DNA of 59,049 bases, filler included. It is 6 parts of 6 records of this genome, joined end to end, with 100 filler letters (N's around TTAATTAATTAA, not from the genome) between each part and the next. Parts side by side here need not be neighbours in the genome. Positions count along the whole stretch, not along the records: positions 24,839 to 41,977 come from SRR2962707_4647; positions 42,078 to 50,494 come from SRR2962707_4648; 4 more parts are not named here. One strand, written 5' to 3'. A model generated the notes under the pieces. That model was given only the letters and a program-made list of their open reading frames with translations. It made no database searches and was not told the origin of the DNA. The position numbers and the translations under genes were made by a program. Positions 32,693-43,884 of this stretch are shown here, piece by piece; within the stretch, counting starts at the first letter, position 1, and every line of letters begins with the position of its first letter.

Positions 32693-32724
32693 AAAAAAAC
32701 CGGCTCAAGAAGCCGGTTTTTTTT
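32693..32724. terminator. Bidirectional intrinsic terminator
   Basis: AAAAAAACCGGCT-CAAGA-AGCCGGTTTTTTTT between convergent genes. Confidence 0.9.
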
Positions 32725-32749
32725 AATCATCAGATCTGCCCGGCAACGT

Positions 32750-33169
32750 CTATTCGTCGCGGTAGACCTTTTCACGCCGCTCGTGACGCTCTTGCGCCTC
32801 GATCGACAGTGTCGCGATCGGCCTTGCGTCGAGCCGCTTGAGGCTGATCGGCTCGCCGGTTTCCTCGCAATACCCGTAGGTACCCTCATCAATGCGCGTC
32901 AGCGCCGCGTCAATCTTGCCAATCAGCTTGCGTTGGCGATCACGCGCCCGCAATTCGATGGCGCGGTCTGTTTCAGACGATGCGCGATCGGCCACATCGG
33001 GGTGGTTGGCACTTTCCTCTGCGAGATGGTCAAGCGTCTCGCGCGCCTCTTTGAGAATGTCATTCCGCCATTCAATCAGCTTGGCCCTGAAATAGGCCTT
33101 CTGCTTGGCATTCATGAAATCCTCGTTGTCCGAGGGCACATAAGAGGAAAAATCGAAGTCTTCACTCAT
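32750..33169 (-). CDS. dksA: RNA polymerase-binding protein DksA
   Basis: DVADRASSE, RDRQRKLIGKI, YGYCEETGEPI; start MSEDF. Confidence 0.96.
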   Translation of the reverse strand: MSEDFDFSSYVPSDNEDFMNAKQKAYFRAKLIEWRNDILKEARETLDHLAEESANHPDVADRASSETDRAIELRARDRQRKLIGKIDAALTRIDEGTYGYCEETGEPISLKRLDARPIATLSIEAQERHERREKVYRDE

Positions 33170-33459
33170 GACGATTCTCCCGGCTAAGCCATTTCGGGGC
33201 TGTATAGCCAGACGGGCGCACCGGTACAAGCGGTATTGTCTCTGCTCACCGCAATTTCATGAAACTGTCAATTTCCTTTAGAAATCCGAAATATACCGAC
33301 TTTCACCCCATATTGCTGCGTAACAATAATACAGACACCCGTCCCTGGCAGTTCAGCAACAATGGCCTGGGCCGCCAAGCGTACCCGCAACAAATTATTG
33401 CAGTGCGATTTGTTCTTTTGGCGAATTGAAGCTGCGGCGCAAATGGCTACATTCAGGAA

Positions 33460-33993
33460 ATGGACCCTGCACCAAACACCGTTCTGCGTATTTTTCTTGT
33501 TCGCCATGCGCATGCGGCTTGGGCCCTGCCCGGCGTGCGCGATTTCGATCGGCCGCTTGACGACCGCGGACGCGAGGAAGCCGCACGACTGGCAGCAACC
33601 ATGTCGGTCAATGCCTTCGAACCGGACATGGTCTATTGCTCCAACGCCCGCAGATGCCTGGAAACTCTCGGCATCTTGCAGGCACGCAGCAGCGTCAAGC
33701 TGCGTATCGAGCACAGCGATGCGCTCTACGCTTCAAGCCACGACGCCTATCTCGACCTGATTGAGTCCAAGCATGACAAGGCCATCCGCTCGATCATGAT
33801 CATCGGCCACAACCCGATGCTCGAGGACACCGCACAGGTTCTGCTGCAAAACGACCCCGCAACCTTCGAAACCGCGCTCGGATCGGGTTTCCCGACCGCC
33901 GGCTTGCTGATCCTGGATTGCGACACAAGAGGCAGCAGCGCCATCAAGGGCGGCGCAAGGTTTGTCGGCCTGCTTTCCCCGGTCGATGCCTGA
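33460..33993 (+). CDS. sixA: SixA-like phosphohistidine phosphatase
   Basis: LVRHAHA, DFDRPL, SNARRC, IGHNP, FPTAG. Confidence 0.85.
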   Translation: MDPAPNTVLRIFLVRHAHAAWALPGVRDFDRPLDDRGREEAARLAATMSVNAFEPDMVYCSNARRCLETLGILQARSSVKLRIEHSDALYASSHDAYLDLIESKHDKAIRSIMIIGHNPMLEDTAQVLLQNDPATFETALGSGFPTAGLLILDCDTRGSSAIKGGARFVGLLSPVDA

Positions 33994-34089
33994 CGCCAGG
34001 TCACGCGCCGGCACGGCCTACCCGCCCCCGCTTTTAATTGCTCCGGCAACTTCCTATATCTCAAAGAGCAAATCGGAGCAGATCTCAAC

Positions 34090-35562
34090 GTGTCATCGCC
34101 CATAACCACATTTACCGATGAGGCCCTGATTGCCTTTGACACGCTCACCGACCGCGCCAGCAACCTGATCCAGCCAACCTTGCGGCTCGGCGTCACCGGG
34201 CTTTCAAGGGCCGGCAAGACCGTTTTCATTACGTCTCTGGTGCACAATCTTCTGCATGGCGGCCGCTTGCCGATGTTCGAGGCCGCCCATTCCGGACGGC
34301 TGGCCCGATCCTTTCTCGAACCGCAGCCCGATGATGCGGTTCCGCGTTTTCAGTACGAAGACCACGCCGCACAGATGATCACCGACCGGATCTGGCCTGA
34401 TTCGACCCGTGCCATTTCGGAGCTGCGTCTGGTCATCGAATATGAATCGGCCAGCGGCTGGAACCGCTTCTTCTCCGGCGGCAGGCTGTGTCTCGATATT
34501 GTCGACTACCCCGGCGAGTGGCTGCTCGACCTTCCGTTGCTTGGCCAGGATTATGCTGCCTTCTCGCTCAACGCTGCCTCGCTCGCGCGATCACCGGTCC
34601 GCGCCGATCTTGCCGCGCCCTGGCTTGAGAAAGCCAAATCCATCGATCCGCTCAAACCGGCTGATGAAAGCGATGCGCGGGAACTGGCGCGGCTTTTCAC
34701 CGATTATCTCAGAGCCTGCAAGAAGGATGAGCGCGCTCTCTCTACCCTGCCACCGGGACGCTTCCTGATGCCCGGAGATCTTGAAGGCTCTCCGGCACTC
34801 ACCTTTGCACCCCTGCCCAACCTGCCCGACACGGCTGCCCCCAAGGGCTCGCTGATGGCGATGATGGAACGCCGCTTCGAAAGCTACAAATCGGTGGTGG
34901 TCAAACCCTTCTTCCGCGAGCATGTGGCCCGGCTTGACCGCCAGATCGTGTTGATTGACGCCATGCAGGCGATGAACGCCGGACGCGAGGCTGTCATCGA
35001 TCTCGAACGCGCGCTCTCCGATGTACTGTCCTGTTTCAGGCCCGGCGGCGGCAATTTGCTGACCAACCTCGTGTCACGCCGTATCGACAAGGTTCTGATT
35101 GCCGCCACCAAGGCCGATCACCTGCACCATGAAAGCCATGACCGGCTGGAAGCCATCGCCCGCCGCATTGTCGAGCGCGCCTCGGCCAATATCGGAAGCT
35201 CCGGCGCAGACATCGAAGTGCTGGCGCTGGCTGCCGTGCGGGCAACCCGTGAAGCCACCGTGCGACAGGATGGCGAAGAGCTTCCGGTGATCGTCGGAAC
35301 CCCGCTTGAAGGCGAACGCATTGCCGGCGAGCTGTTCGACGGCAACCGCAAAACAGCCATATTTCCCGGTGACTTGCCCAGGAATCCGGATTCATTCTTC
35401 AAAGCCGTTGATTCGTCGTCTCAGCCCCTGCTGCCGGAAATCAACATCGTCCGTTTTCGCCCGCCCTTGATCGAAGAGAGCGACACCGGCATCAAGCTCT
35501 CGCTGCCCCACATTCGCCTCGACCGCGCAATGAACTACCTGCTGGGAGACCGTCTGGCATGA
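34090..35562 (+). CDS. ycjX: YcjX-family GTPase-like protein
   Basis: GVTGLSRAGKTVF, DYPGEWLLDL, ATKADH, PHIRLD. Confidence 0.95.
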   Translation: MSSPITTFTDEALIAFDTLTDRASNLIQPTLRLGVTGLSRAGKTVFITSLVHNLLHGGRLPMFEAAHSGRLARSFLEPQPDDAVPRFQYEDHAAQMITDRIWPDSTRAISELRLVIEYESASGWNRFFSGGRLCLDIVDYPGEWLLDLPLLGQDYAAFSLNAASLARSPVRADLAAPWLEKAKSIDPLKPADESDARELARLFTDYLRACKKDERALSTLPPGRFLMPGDLEGSPALTFAPLPNLPDTAAPKGSLMAMMERRFESYKSVVVKPFFREHVARLDRQIVLIDAMQAMNAGREAVIDLERALSDVLSCFRPGGGNLLTNLVSRRIDKVLIAATKADHLHHESHDRLEAIARRIVERASANIGSSGADIEVLALAAVRATREATVRQDGEELPVIVGTPLEGERIAGELFDGNRKTAIFPGDLPRNPDSFFKAVDSSSQPLLPEINIVRFRPPLIEESDTGIKLSLPHIRLDRAMNYLLGDRLA

Positions 35563-36659
35563 GCGACAACGACCCCGATACCCAGCCGCGTAAACCGCGC
35601 TCCTTCAGCTTCGAGGAATCGTCTGCCAAAGAGCGCGCTGCACAGCCGGAGCGCCAGACCAGAACACCTGAGAAGCCGCGTAAACCGGCTGCCATTCCGG
35701 TCACCGCCTCCATCACCATGGAAAAGGAAGACCCCTTCGCATCCGCACCGGCAGAGCTTGAGGCGCTGACCCCGCCGCCGGCGACGCCCCGGCCCCGGCG
35801 CTTGACCGCCGGCAAGGTGCTGATGACGAGCCTCGGTTTTCTGCTGGCCCTGGCGGTTGGCATCTGGACCGACAGCCTGATCCGCAGCCTGTTTGAGCGC
35901 GTTCCCTGGCTTGGCTGGGTTGCCAGCGCCGCAGCCGCTATGGCTGCTCTGGCACTGCTTGTGCTGGTGGTCAGGGAAATCCTCGGCATCCGGCGCCTGG
36001 CAAAAGTTGCCCATTTGCGCGAGGGCATTGCGGCCATAGCCAAGTCAGCGACCGCCAAGGAGGCACGCTCTCTCACAGCCGAAGTGGCCGGGCTGCTGGC
36101 AGCCAATCCGCTGACCGCACGGGGCCGCAAAAGCCTCAAGACGCTTGACGACGAAATCATCGACGGCCCGCACTATCTTGCCTTTGCCGAGCGCGAACTG
36201 ATGTCCCCGCTTGACCGGCAGGCACGGCTGCTCACCGTCAACGCAGCCAAACGGGTCTCGGTGGTCACCGCCATAAGCCCGCGCGCCTTTGTCGATCTCG
36301 CCTATGTCGGGTTCGAAGCCGTTCGGTTGATCCGTGCGCTCGCCGAGCTTTATGGCGGACGCCCCGGCACCATCGGCATGATCCGGCTGCTTCGTGACGT
36401 GATTGCTCATCTCGCCGTCACCGGCGCCATCGCCGCTGGCGACAGCCTCATCCAGCAGGTGGTCGGACACGGCGTTGCAGCCAAACTCTCCGCACGGCTT
36501 GGCGAAGGCGTGATCAACGGCCTGATGACCGCGCGGATCGGCATCTCCGCCATGGATCTGTGCCGCCCCATGCCGTTTTCCGCCCTCAAGCGCCCCGGCA
36601 TCGGCGATTTCATGTCCGATATTTCAAACTTTGCCGGCACTGCCGGGAAAAACGAATAG
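35559..36659 (+). CDS. ycjF: YcjF (TIGR01620) membrane protein
   Basis: VTAISPRA, YGGRPG, LSARLGEG, CRPMPF; overlaps ycjX. Confidence 0.92.
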   Translation: MSDNDPDTQPRKPRSFSFEESSAKERAAQPERQTRTPEKPRKPAAIPVTASITMEKEDPFASAPAELEALTPPPATPRPRRLTAGKVLMTSLGFLLALAVGIWTDSLIRSLFERVPWLGWVASAAAAMAALALLVLVVREILGIRRLAKVAHLREGIAAIAKSATAKEARSLTAEVAGLLAANPLTARGRKSLKTLDDEIIDGPHYLAFAERELMSPLDRQARLLTVNAAKRVSVVTAISPRAFVDLAYVGFEAVRLIRALAELYGGRPGTIGMIRLLRDVIAHLAVTGAIAAGDSLIQQVVGHGVAAKLSARLGEGVINGLMTARIGISAMDLCRPMPFSALKRPGIGDFMSDISNFAGTAGKNE

Positions 36660-36771
36660 CAGCAAAAGCTGTGTTTTTCGGTCAAACTGTGAATATAGTG
36701 AGTGTGATTACCATCCATTAACCATTCTGCGTCAGGGTCGAACTTCCTTTCCAGCCGCAACAGGTGTGACC

Positions 36772-37311
36772 ATGTTCTCGAAGTTTCGCATCATTCCGCT
36801 GTGTCTTGCGGCTCTCGTCTTGTCACCCGCATCCCCTTCTCAGGCGCGCGACAACGACACGGTGTTCTTCGAATCCGTGGCTGGTGATTGGAAAGGTCCA
36901 GGCGAAATCGTCGCAGGAAAATACAAGGGCACGAAATTCGTCTGCAACCTGTCCGGCGATCCGGTTGAGGGCAAGGCTGCCGGCATCTCGCTTGACGGCC
37001 ATTGCCGCGTTGGCGTCTTCAATCAGAAAATGTCAGCTCTGATCACCCGCAAGGGCTCAACCTATACCGGCCGTTTTCTTGACGGCTCCGCAGGCGACGG
37101 TCTCGACATCGTGTCAGGCAAGGTCACCCGTGACCGCGCGATCATGGGCATCAACCGCAAGACGCTTGATGGCGCGATGATCGCACGTCTGCACGACGAG
37201 GAAACGATGAACGTCACGATTTCCGTCAAAGTCGGCAAGGAAATGGTTCCGGTGATCGGCATGACCCTCAAGCGCGGCGCCCGCAAGCTCGCGTCCGGCG
37301 TACTGCGCTAA
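36772..37311 (+). CDS. Secreted hypothetical protein
   Basis: Signal peptide; GDWKGPGEIVAGKYKGTKFVC; beta-strand-rich. Confidence 0.75.
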   Translation: MFSKFRIIPLCLAALVLSPASPSQARDNDTVFFESVAGDWKGPGEIVAGKYKGTKFVCNLSGDPVEGKAAGISLDGHCRVGVFNQKMSALITRKGSTYTGRFLDGSAGDGLDIVSGKVTRDRAIMGINRKTLDGAMIARLHDEETMNVTISVKVGKEMVPVIGMTLKRGARKLASGVLR

Positions 37312-37390
37312 TCCATATACGGTATCGTTCAAAGGTAATCGTTCGACGATAACCGACATGAATCCCGTCAAAGACAGCTCTAGAGACCAA

Positions 37391-37912
37391 TCAGTCTTCG
37401 TCCTGCCACCAGTCGCCTGAGCGGCTCAGAGCTTCGATACCTTCCGAATCCACTTCGCTCGACCAGTCCGCAATGCTTTGCAGATTGACCACCGCTTGTG
37501 GCGCAATGTCGGCCAGCGGCACCATCACGAAGGCCCGCTCGGTCATCCGGGGATGCGGCACGGTCAGATCTGCGTGATCCGACAGGAAATCACCGTGCAG
37601 GAGCACGTCGAGGTCGATGGTACGCGGTCCCCAGCGGTCGGTCCGCACCCGATCGAGCTGCAGCTCGATGTCGAGGCACACCTTGAGCAACTCATGCGGG
37701 TCGAGTGTCGTCTCCACCAGCGCGCAGGCATTGTGAAACCACTCCTGATCGGTCTTGCCCCATGGCGGGGTCCGGTAGAGCCGCGAGACCGTGCGGATCT
37801 TGATATCCTCGCGCCCGTCAAGCAGCTTCAGAGCTCTCGCCATGGTCCTGCGCGGATTGCCGATATTGCCGCCCAGGCCGATTGCCGCGATATCGGTCTT
37901 GCGATCAGGCAC
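37391..37912 (-). CDS. folK: HPPK (2-amino-4-hydroxy-6-hydroxymethyldihydropteridine diphosphokinase)
   Basis: IGLGGNIG, WGPRTIDLD, PHPRMTERAFV. Confidence 0.96.
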   Translation of the reverse strand: MPDRKTDIAAIGLGGNIGNPRRTMARALKLLDGREDIKIRTVSRLYRTPPWGKTDQEWFHNACALVETTLDPHELLKVCLDIELQLDRVRTDRWGPRTIDLDVLLHGDFLSDHADLTVPHPRMTERAFVMVPLADIAPQAVVNLQSIADWSSEVDSEGIEALSRSGDWWQDED

Positions 37913-38273
37913 GATGTTCGACCATCACTTCAACATGATCGAGAACACCCGGCACGGCTGCACTGGGCTTGCGCACCGTGATGCGGGCAAGACGGATCTG
38001 TGAAAACCGGGTGGTCAGCGCCTTGGCGATGTCCATGGCCAGAGCCTCGATCAGGTATCGCCTCTTGCCGGTGACAATCTGCTCGATCACCTGAAACGCG
38101 ATTCCGTAATGCACGGTCCCCTCGATGTCGTCGGTTTGAAGCGCATCGCCCGGATCGACTTCCAGCTCGGCGTCGACAAAGAAGCGCTGACCCAGAAACT
38201 CCTCCTCGTCATGGACACCATGGCGGGCGAAGAATGCGCAATTGGCAAGGCGGATTGTGTAGCTGTCAGCCAT
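37905..38273 (-). CDS. folB: Dihydroneopterin aldolase
   Basis: FARHGVHDEE..GQRF, LIEALA, VRKP. Confidence 0.95.
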   Translation of the reverse strand: MADSYTIRLANCAFFARHGVHDEEEFLGQRFFVDAELEVDPGDALQTDDIEGTVHYGIAFQVIEQIVTGKRRYLIEALAMDIAKALTTRFSQIRLARITVRKPSAAVPGVLDHVEVMVEHRA

Positions 38274-39144
38274 GGCCGGGCTCCTTTTCGCGGCTGCTTT
38301 GAACCATCGCGTCCACCACCGCAAGCCCGTCCTTGTTGAAAGCGACATTATGGACCCTGAACATCGCAGCCCCCGCCAGTCTCAGCGCCACGCTGGTGGC
38401 AACCGTTCCGGCATCACGCTCAGAGGCCTCACGACCTGTCAGGCCACCAATAAACCGCTTGCGCGAAGTGCCGGCCAGCAGCGGCAGACCCAGCACGTGC
38501 AGTTCTGCAAACCGCGCCATCAGCTCCAGATTGTCGCTGGCATCCTTGGCAAATCCGAAGCCCGGATCAAGCATGATCTGGTCGTCACCAATGCCAGCCT
38601 TGCGGGCAATCTCCAGCGAAGCGGCAAACCAGTGGAACTGATCTTCCACCAGGTCCGGCAGCCGTTCGCGCTCACGACCCGTATGCATGATCGCCACCGC
38701 GGCGCCTGCATCGGCGACAACCTTCGCCATTTCCGGTTCGCGTTGCAGCCCCCAGACGTCGTTGATCAGATGCGCCCCCGCCGCAAGCGCGATCCGCGCC
38801 GTCTCCGCTCGCCAGGTATCCACCGAGATCAACACGCTCTCACGCCCGCTCAACGCCTCGATCACCGGCATGATCCGCCGCTGCTCCTCAAGCGCACTGA
38901 CAGACGCGGCGCCGGGTCGGGTCGACTCGCCGCCAATATCAATGATGTCGGCCCCCTCGCCGATCATCGCAAGTGCTGCATCAACCGCCACGCGCGCATC
39001 AATGTGCTGGCCGCCATCGGAAAAGGAATCAGGCGTCACATTGAGAATGCCCATCAACCGGGCCTTTGGCCCCAGCCCGATCGATCTGCCACGGCCCAGC
39101 CGCAAGGATTTGGGATGAAACACGCTGTCGGGCGGCGATTGCAT
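38266..39144 (-). CDS. folP: Dihydropteroate synthase
   Basis: GILNVTPDSFSDGG, DIGGESTRPG, DPGFGFAK, SRKRF, RVHNV. Confidence 0.97.
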   Translation of the reverse strand: MQSPPDSVFHPKSLRLGRGRSIGLGPKARLMGILNVTPDSFSDGGQHIDARVAVDAALAMIGEGADIIDIGGESTRPGAASVSALEEQRRIMPVIEALSGRESVLISVDTWRAETARIALAAGAHLINDVWGLQREPEMAKVVADAGAAVAIMHTGRERERLPDLVEDQFHWFAASLEIARKAGIGDDQIMLDPGFGFAKDASDNLELMARFAELHVLGLPLLAGTSRKRFIGGLTGREASERDAGTVATSVALRLAGAAMFRVHNVAFNKDGLAVVDAMVQSSREKEPGHG

Positions 39145-39250
39145 GGCGTTGTTATCCCGTTACCTGTGGCAAAATGGCTTCGGGTTCCTGTTGCATGAGC
39201 ATGCTGCTTGGCGCAAGTTCCGCTGCAGTGTTTCTGACCGGGAGTTTTAC

Positions 39251-39868
39251 ATGCGCCGACCACGCTTAGCCATTATGGCCCTGACGTTGCTGTGCGCATC
39301 AGTAGCCACCAGCGCCTCGGCACCGGTTATCACCAAGACCTATTCCTATTTCGACATCCGCGGCGTCACCGGCTTCGATCTCGAGCGCGAACTGTCAAAA
39401 CACGGACCACTGCTGGACAAAACAGGCATACGGCACCCCGGAGCCACCAAGATCAAGTTGGGAGGCTCGGTCGATTACAGAAGCTCCGACGGCCGATGCA
39501 GGGTGCTCGACGCAAAAGTTACGCTTGAAACCCATTTGACGCTGCCGCGCTGGAAAGACCGCAACCGTGCGGACCGCGAAACCGTCATGATCTGGGACAC
39601 GCTGTCCTCCGACATCAAGCGCCATGAAGAACGTCACGCCGAGATTGCCCGCCAACACGCCCGCAAACTGGAAAAGGCGCTTGAGGCGCTGCGCCCCGAG
39701 CGAACCTGCCAGCAGATGGAAGTCCGCGTCGAAGCAACCAGCAAGGCCATCATCGATGCCCACGCCGCAGACCAGCAAAGGTTTGACCGGGTCGAGGCAG
39801 CAAGCTTTGAACGACGGATGCTGCGCATGCTCCGCTTCAAGGTCAACAAACACAACAACCGCAGCTAA
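39251..39868 (+). CDS. DUF922 secreted Zn-dependent protease-like protein
   Basis: Signal peptide, LPRW, IKRHEERH (HExxH); GGAG ribosome-binding site. Confidence 0.85.
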   Translation: MRRPRLAIMALTLLCASVATSASAPVITKTYSYFDIRGVTGFDLERELSKHGPLLDKTGIRHPGATKIKLGGSVDYRSSDGRCRVLDAKVTLETHLTLPRWKDRNRADRETVMIWDTLSSDIKRHEERHAEIARQHARKLEKALEALRPERTCQQMEVRVEATSKAIIDAHAADQQRFDRVEAASFERRMLRMLRFKVNKHNNRS

Positions 39869-40261
39869 ATACAGATTTTATTGGTTACCCCGGCTGCAGG
39901 TCGGTGCAAGCCACCTGGCGAAGCTGATTCCATGCGCCACGGCCCCCGCGCAGGGCACGGATATCAACCAGCAGCTGCCCCATGTCGCGTCCAAATCTTT
40001 CCATGTAAATACGAACCGGCCTACATGATTTCAAAATCTTGCAGTGTCTATCGCGCATCCGTTTGACAAAGCGGCATTGCCGGCAAAAGAACGCTGGAAT
40101 TTTCATCGTATGGTGCCGTGCGAACGCCACGCATTGACAGCAATTCCACTATTTGGACCAGAAACTTCTCAACTAAACTGACGACTAACCAGCGACCCCC
40201 AAGTTCCCACCGGGCATTACTGGCAATATTCGCACAAGCAACTTCATATAAGATCAAGCTT

Positions 40262-40395
40262 AAGGAACAGATTTGAGAAATTGATTCGGCTTCCCCGGCG
40301 CAAGGATGCCGCCCGGCGATCCTCCCTCGTCAGGCTTGACACCTAGGCGCCTATTTGCCCCGCTTTCCTCCAACAGGAAAGCGGGGCTCTTTTTT
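40262..40395 (+). ncRNA. Candidate small regulatory RNA with an anti-Shine-Dalgarno loop
   Basis: Hairpin 40311-40335 exposing UCCUCCC, followed by a + strand terminator; 5' end uncertain. Confidence 0.5.
40357..40395 (+). terminator. Intrinsic terminator
   Basis: GCCCCGCTTTCCT-CCAAC-AGGAAAGCGGGGC-TCTTTTTT, 13-bp stem. Confidence 0.85.
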
Positions 40396-40429
40396 CAAAA
40401 TGCTTTGATGAAATACTTGTAACTTGCTG

Positions 40430-41470
<1,041 letters not shown>

Positions 41471-41483
41471 TTAAAGAGAAAAA

Positions 41484-41804
41484 TCAGGCCTGCCGCTCGG
41501 GCACATGCACAACCAGACCGTCAAGGTCATCGCGAACCTTAATCTGGCACGACAGCCGCGACGTCGGACGCACATCGAATGCGAAATCGAGCATGTCCTC
41601 TTCCATCGCCTCAGGCGAACCGACGGCCTCGATCCATTTTTCATCGACGTAAACGTGGCAGGTCGCGCAGGCACAGGCACCGCCGCACTCGGCTTCGATG
41701 CCCGGAACGGAATTGCGGACGGCATTTTCCATGACGGTCGAGCCGTTTTCGGCATCAACATCAAAACGCGTTCCGTCAAATGCGACGAGGGAGATTTTGG
41801 TCAT
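41484..41804 (-). CDS. 2Fe-2S ferredoxin (adrenodoxin-type)
   Basis: [11 protein letters not shown]...SRLSCQ. Confidence 0.95.
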   Translation of the reverse strand: MTKISLVAFDGTRFDVDAENGSTVMENAVRNSVPGIEAECGGACACATCHVYVDEKWIEAVGSPEAMEEDMLDFAFDVRPTSRLSCQIKVRDDLDGLVVHVPERQA

Positions 41805-41977
41805 TACGGCCTCTGGTACAGTCTCAGGGATATGAGGCTTTCATACACGCTGGACTGTGTGAGGCAAGAATGAAAACCACCCTGCGACAGTGATTCGCGG
41901 CATGGTTTTCTAAAATGACTGTTTATCGACCAAATTCACGCAAAAGCTTAGGTCCTGTGGACAGTTATTGTTGCGGT

Positions 41978-42077
41978 NNNNNNNNNNNNNNNNNNNNNNN
42001 NNNNNNNNNNNNNNNNNNNNNTTAATTAATTAANNNNNNNNNNNNNNNNNNNNNNNNNNNNNNNNNNNNNNNNNNNN
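41978..42077. other. Artificial contig-joining spacer
   Basis: N-run + TTAATTAATTAA + N-run. Confidence 0.97.
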
Positions 42078-42146
42078 GCCACCGCCAGGGAGGGCGGTGG
42101 CAAAAAGCCGCACCTCCTCGACGCCGGCCCAGGTACAATCGCGACC

Positions 42147-43340
42147 ATGACCGGATTGCCTCCCTACGTAGTCTGGCGCCGCCGCATGCTCTGGCTGCGG
42201 GCGGTGCTGGTAATCGCCCTTGCCCTGGCGCTGCTGGTATTGCGCCAGTTTTCAGCGCTGGTGCCGTTGTCACTCACGCCACTGCTGTGGCTGGGCGCGT
42301 TGCTGCTGCCCAATCTGCTGACCCTGCTGACATTGAACCTGGATCCCCGCCCTCAGCAACGTCTGCTGGCGGTGGAGCTGGCCATGGACGTGATGCTGTT
42401 TCTCGCCGTGGTGCAACTGTTCGGCGGTGCCAGCAACCCGATGACCTTTTACCTGCTGGTACCGGTCTTAATGGCTGGCATGACTCTGCCCCCCATGGCC
42501 AACGGTCTGGTGCTGATTCTCGCCCTGACCGGTTATATGACGGTGAGCCAGTGGCACCACATGCCCGCCCCCCATACCGCGCTGCACGCTCTCACCCGGG
42601 AACTGAGCGCCCTGCACAATATCGGCATGGCGGTGGCCTTCGCCGCGCTGGCGGTGACGCTTTCCATCCTTGGTCAGGTGATCCAGGCATTGACCCGGCA
42701 ACAGCAGCGTCAGCAGGACAAGGCCATGGAACTGGCCGGACGCCGCGAGCGCATGTACCAGGTGGCGGCGACACTGGCCCACCAGGCCCACGAACTCAAC
42801 ACGCCGTTGAGCAGCCTGGTGATGATCAGCGATAACGCCTTGCAGGAGCCCGGGTTGTCCGACACCACCCGCGCCGACCTGGAGCAAATCCACGCATTGG
42901 CCCGGCAGGTAGCCGGCAAGCTGCGCCGGGCCGACCACCATGACGTTCCCGAGGACATCGCGTTCCCCGCCCTGATCGACCGCTTGCGCCTGCACCTGAG
43001 ACATCTGCAACCCACCCTGGAGATCCGGCATCAGGGCCCCGACCACGCCGTGCTCAGACAAGCCAGCGACTGGTTCCGGGTGCTTGCCAATCTCGGCTAC
43101 AACGCCATCGACGCCGGAGCCGGTACGCTGGCGATTCAGTTGGACACGGCGCCGGAGGGGTGGCTCCTGCAGATCAGCGACGACGGACCGGATCATCCGG
43201 AGCGTCCCGGCCGCGAGGGGATGGGCATCGGCCTGGCACTGGTGGAGAGTACCCTGGAAAACCTGGACGCGCGGCTGGAGATGGAATTCAGCCGGCAATG
43301 GACCCAGGCCCGCATTCGCTGGAGTGGTTATGGCGCTTGA
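42147..43340 (+). CDS. RegB/PrrB/RoxS-like membrane sensor histidine kinase
   Basis: Multiple TM helices, GGASNPM (GGxxNPF-like), AHELNTPL H-box, NAIDA, DDGP, GMGIGL. Confidence 0.85.
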   Translation: MTGLPPYVVWRRRMLWLRAVLVIALALALLVLRQFSALVPLSLTPLLWLGALLLPNLLTLLTLNLDPRPQQRLLAVELAMDVMLFLAVVQLFGGASNPMTFYLLVPVLMAGMTLPPMANGLVLILALTGYMTVSQWHHMPAPHTALHALTRELSALHNIGMAVAFAALAVTLSILGQVIQALTRQQQRQQDKAMELAGRRERMYQVAATLAHQAHELNTPLSSLVMISDNALQEPGLSDTTRADLEQIHALARQVAGKLRRADHHDVPEDIAFPALIDRLRLHLRHLQPTLEIRHQGPDHAVLRQASDWFRVLANLGYNAIDAGAGTLAIQLDTAPEGWLLQISDDGPDHPERPGREGMGIGLALVESTLENLDARLEMEFSRQWTQARIRWSGYGA

Positions 43341-43884
43341 AACCCTGCTGCTGGTGGAAGATGACGAGTTACTGGCGACACAGACCCGCCGGGCGCTGGA
43401 ACGCCACGGCCTGAGCGTGACCCTGGCCGCCGATGCCGAGCAGGCGCGTCAGTGCATGGCCTCCCTGCCCACCCTGGACGCGGCGGTGCTGGATCAGAAT
43501 CTGGGCGTCGACAACGGGCTCGATCTGATTGCCCCGTTACTGACGCATTTCCCCCAATGCCGGATTCTGGTGCTGACCGGCTACGGCAGCATTGCCGCCG
43601 CCGTGGCCGCCACCCGCCGCGGCGCCCATAATTATCTGACCAAGCCCGCCGGTGCCGGCGATATTCTCGACGCGCTGCGACGCGACCCGGCGCAAATGGA
43701 GTCCCTGCCGGACTCGCCGCCATCATTGCAGCGGCTGGAATGGGAGCATATCCAGCGGGTACTGGACGCCCACGGCGGCAACATCTCCCACGCCGCCGCC
43801 GCGCTCGGCATTCATCGGCGTACCTTGCAGCGGCGTCTGAAGAAACGTCCCAGCCCGGTGCAATACGAACGGGAACGGCCGTGA
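43330..43884 (+). CDS. RegA/PrrA/RoxR-like response regulator
   Basis: LLLVEDD, LTGYGSIA, YLTKPA, LEWEHIQRVL..GNIS..HRRTLQR; start ATG at 43330 (MALETLLLVEDD). Confidence 0.9.
   Translation: MALETLLLVEDDELLATQTRRALERHGLSVTLAADAEQARQCMASLPTLDAAVLDQNLGVDNGLDLIAPLLTHFPQCRILVLTGYGSIAAAVAATRRGAHNYLTKPAGAGDILDALRRDPAQMESLPDSPPSLQRLEWEHIQRVLDAHGGNISHAAAALGIHRRTLQRRLKKRPSPVQYERERP

Noticed and set aside
32750-33169. DksA with only one cysteine in the zinc-finger region
   Set aside because: Zinc-independent DksA is normal for alphaproteobacteria
42078-42106. GCCACCGCC/GGCGGTGGC hairpin at contig start
   Set aside because: No correctly placed U-tract and the upstream context is missing, so it cannot be called a terminator
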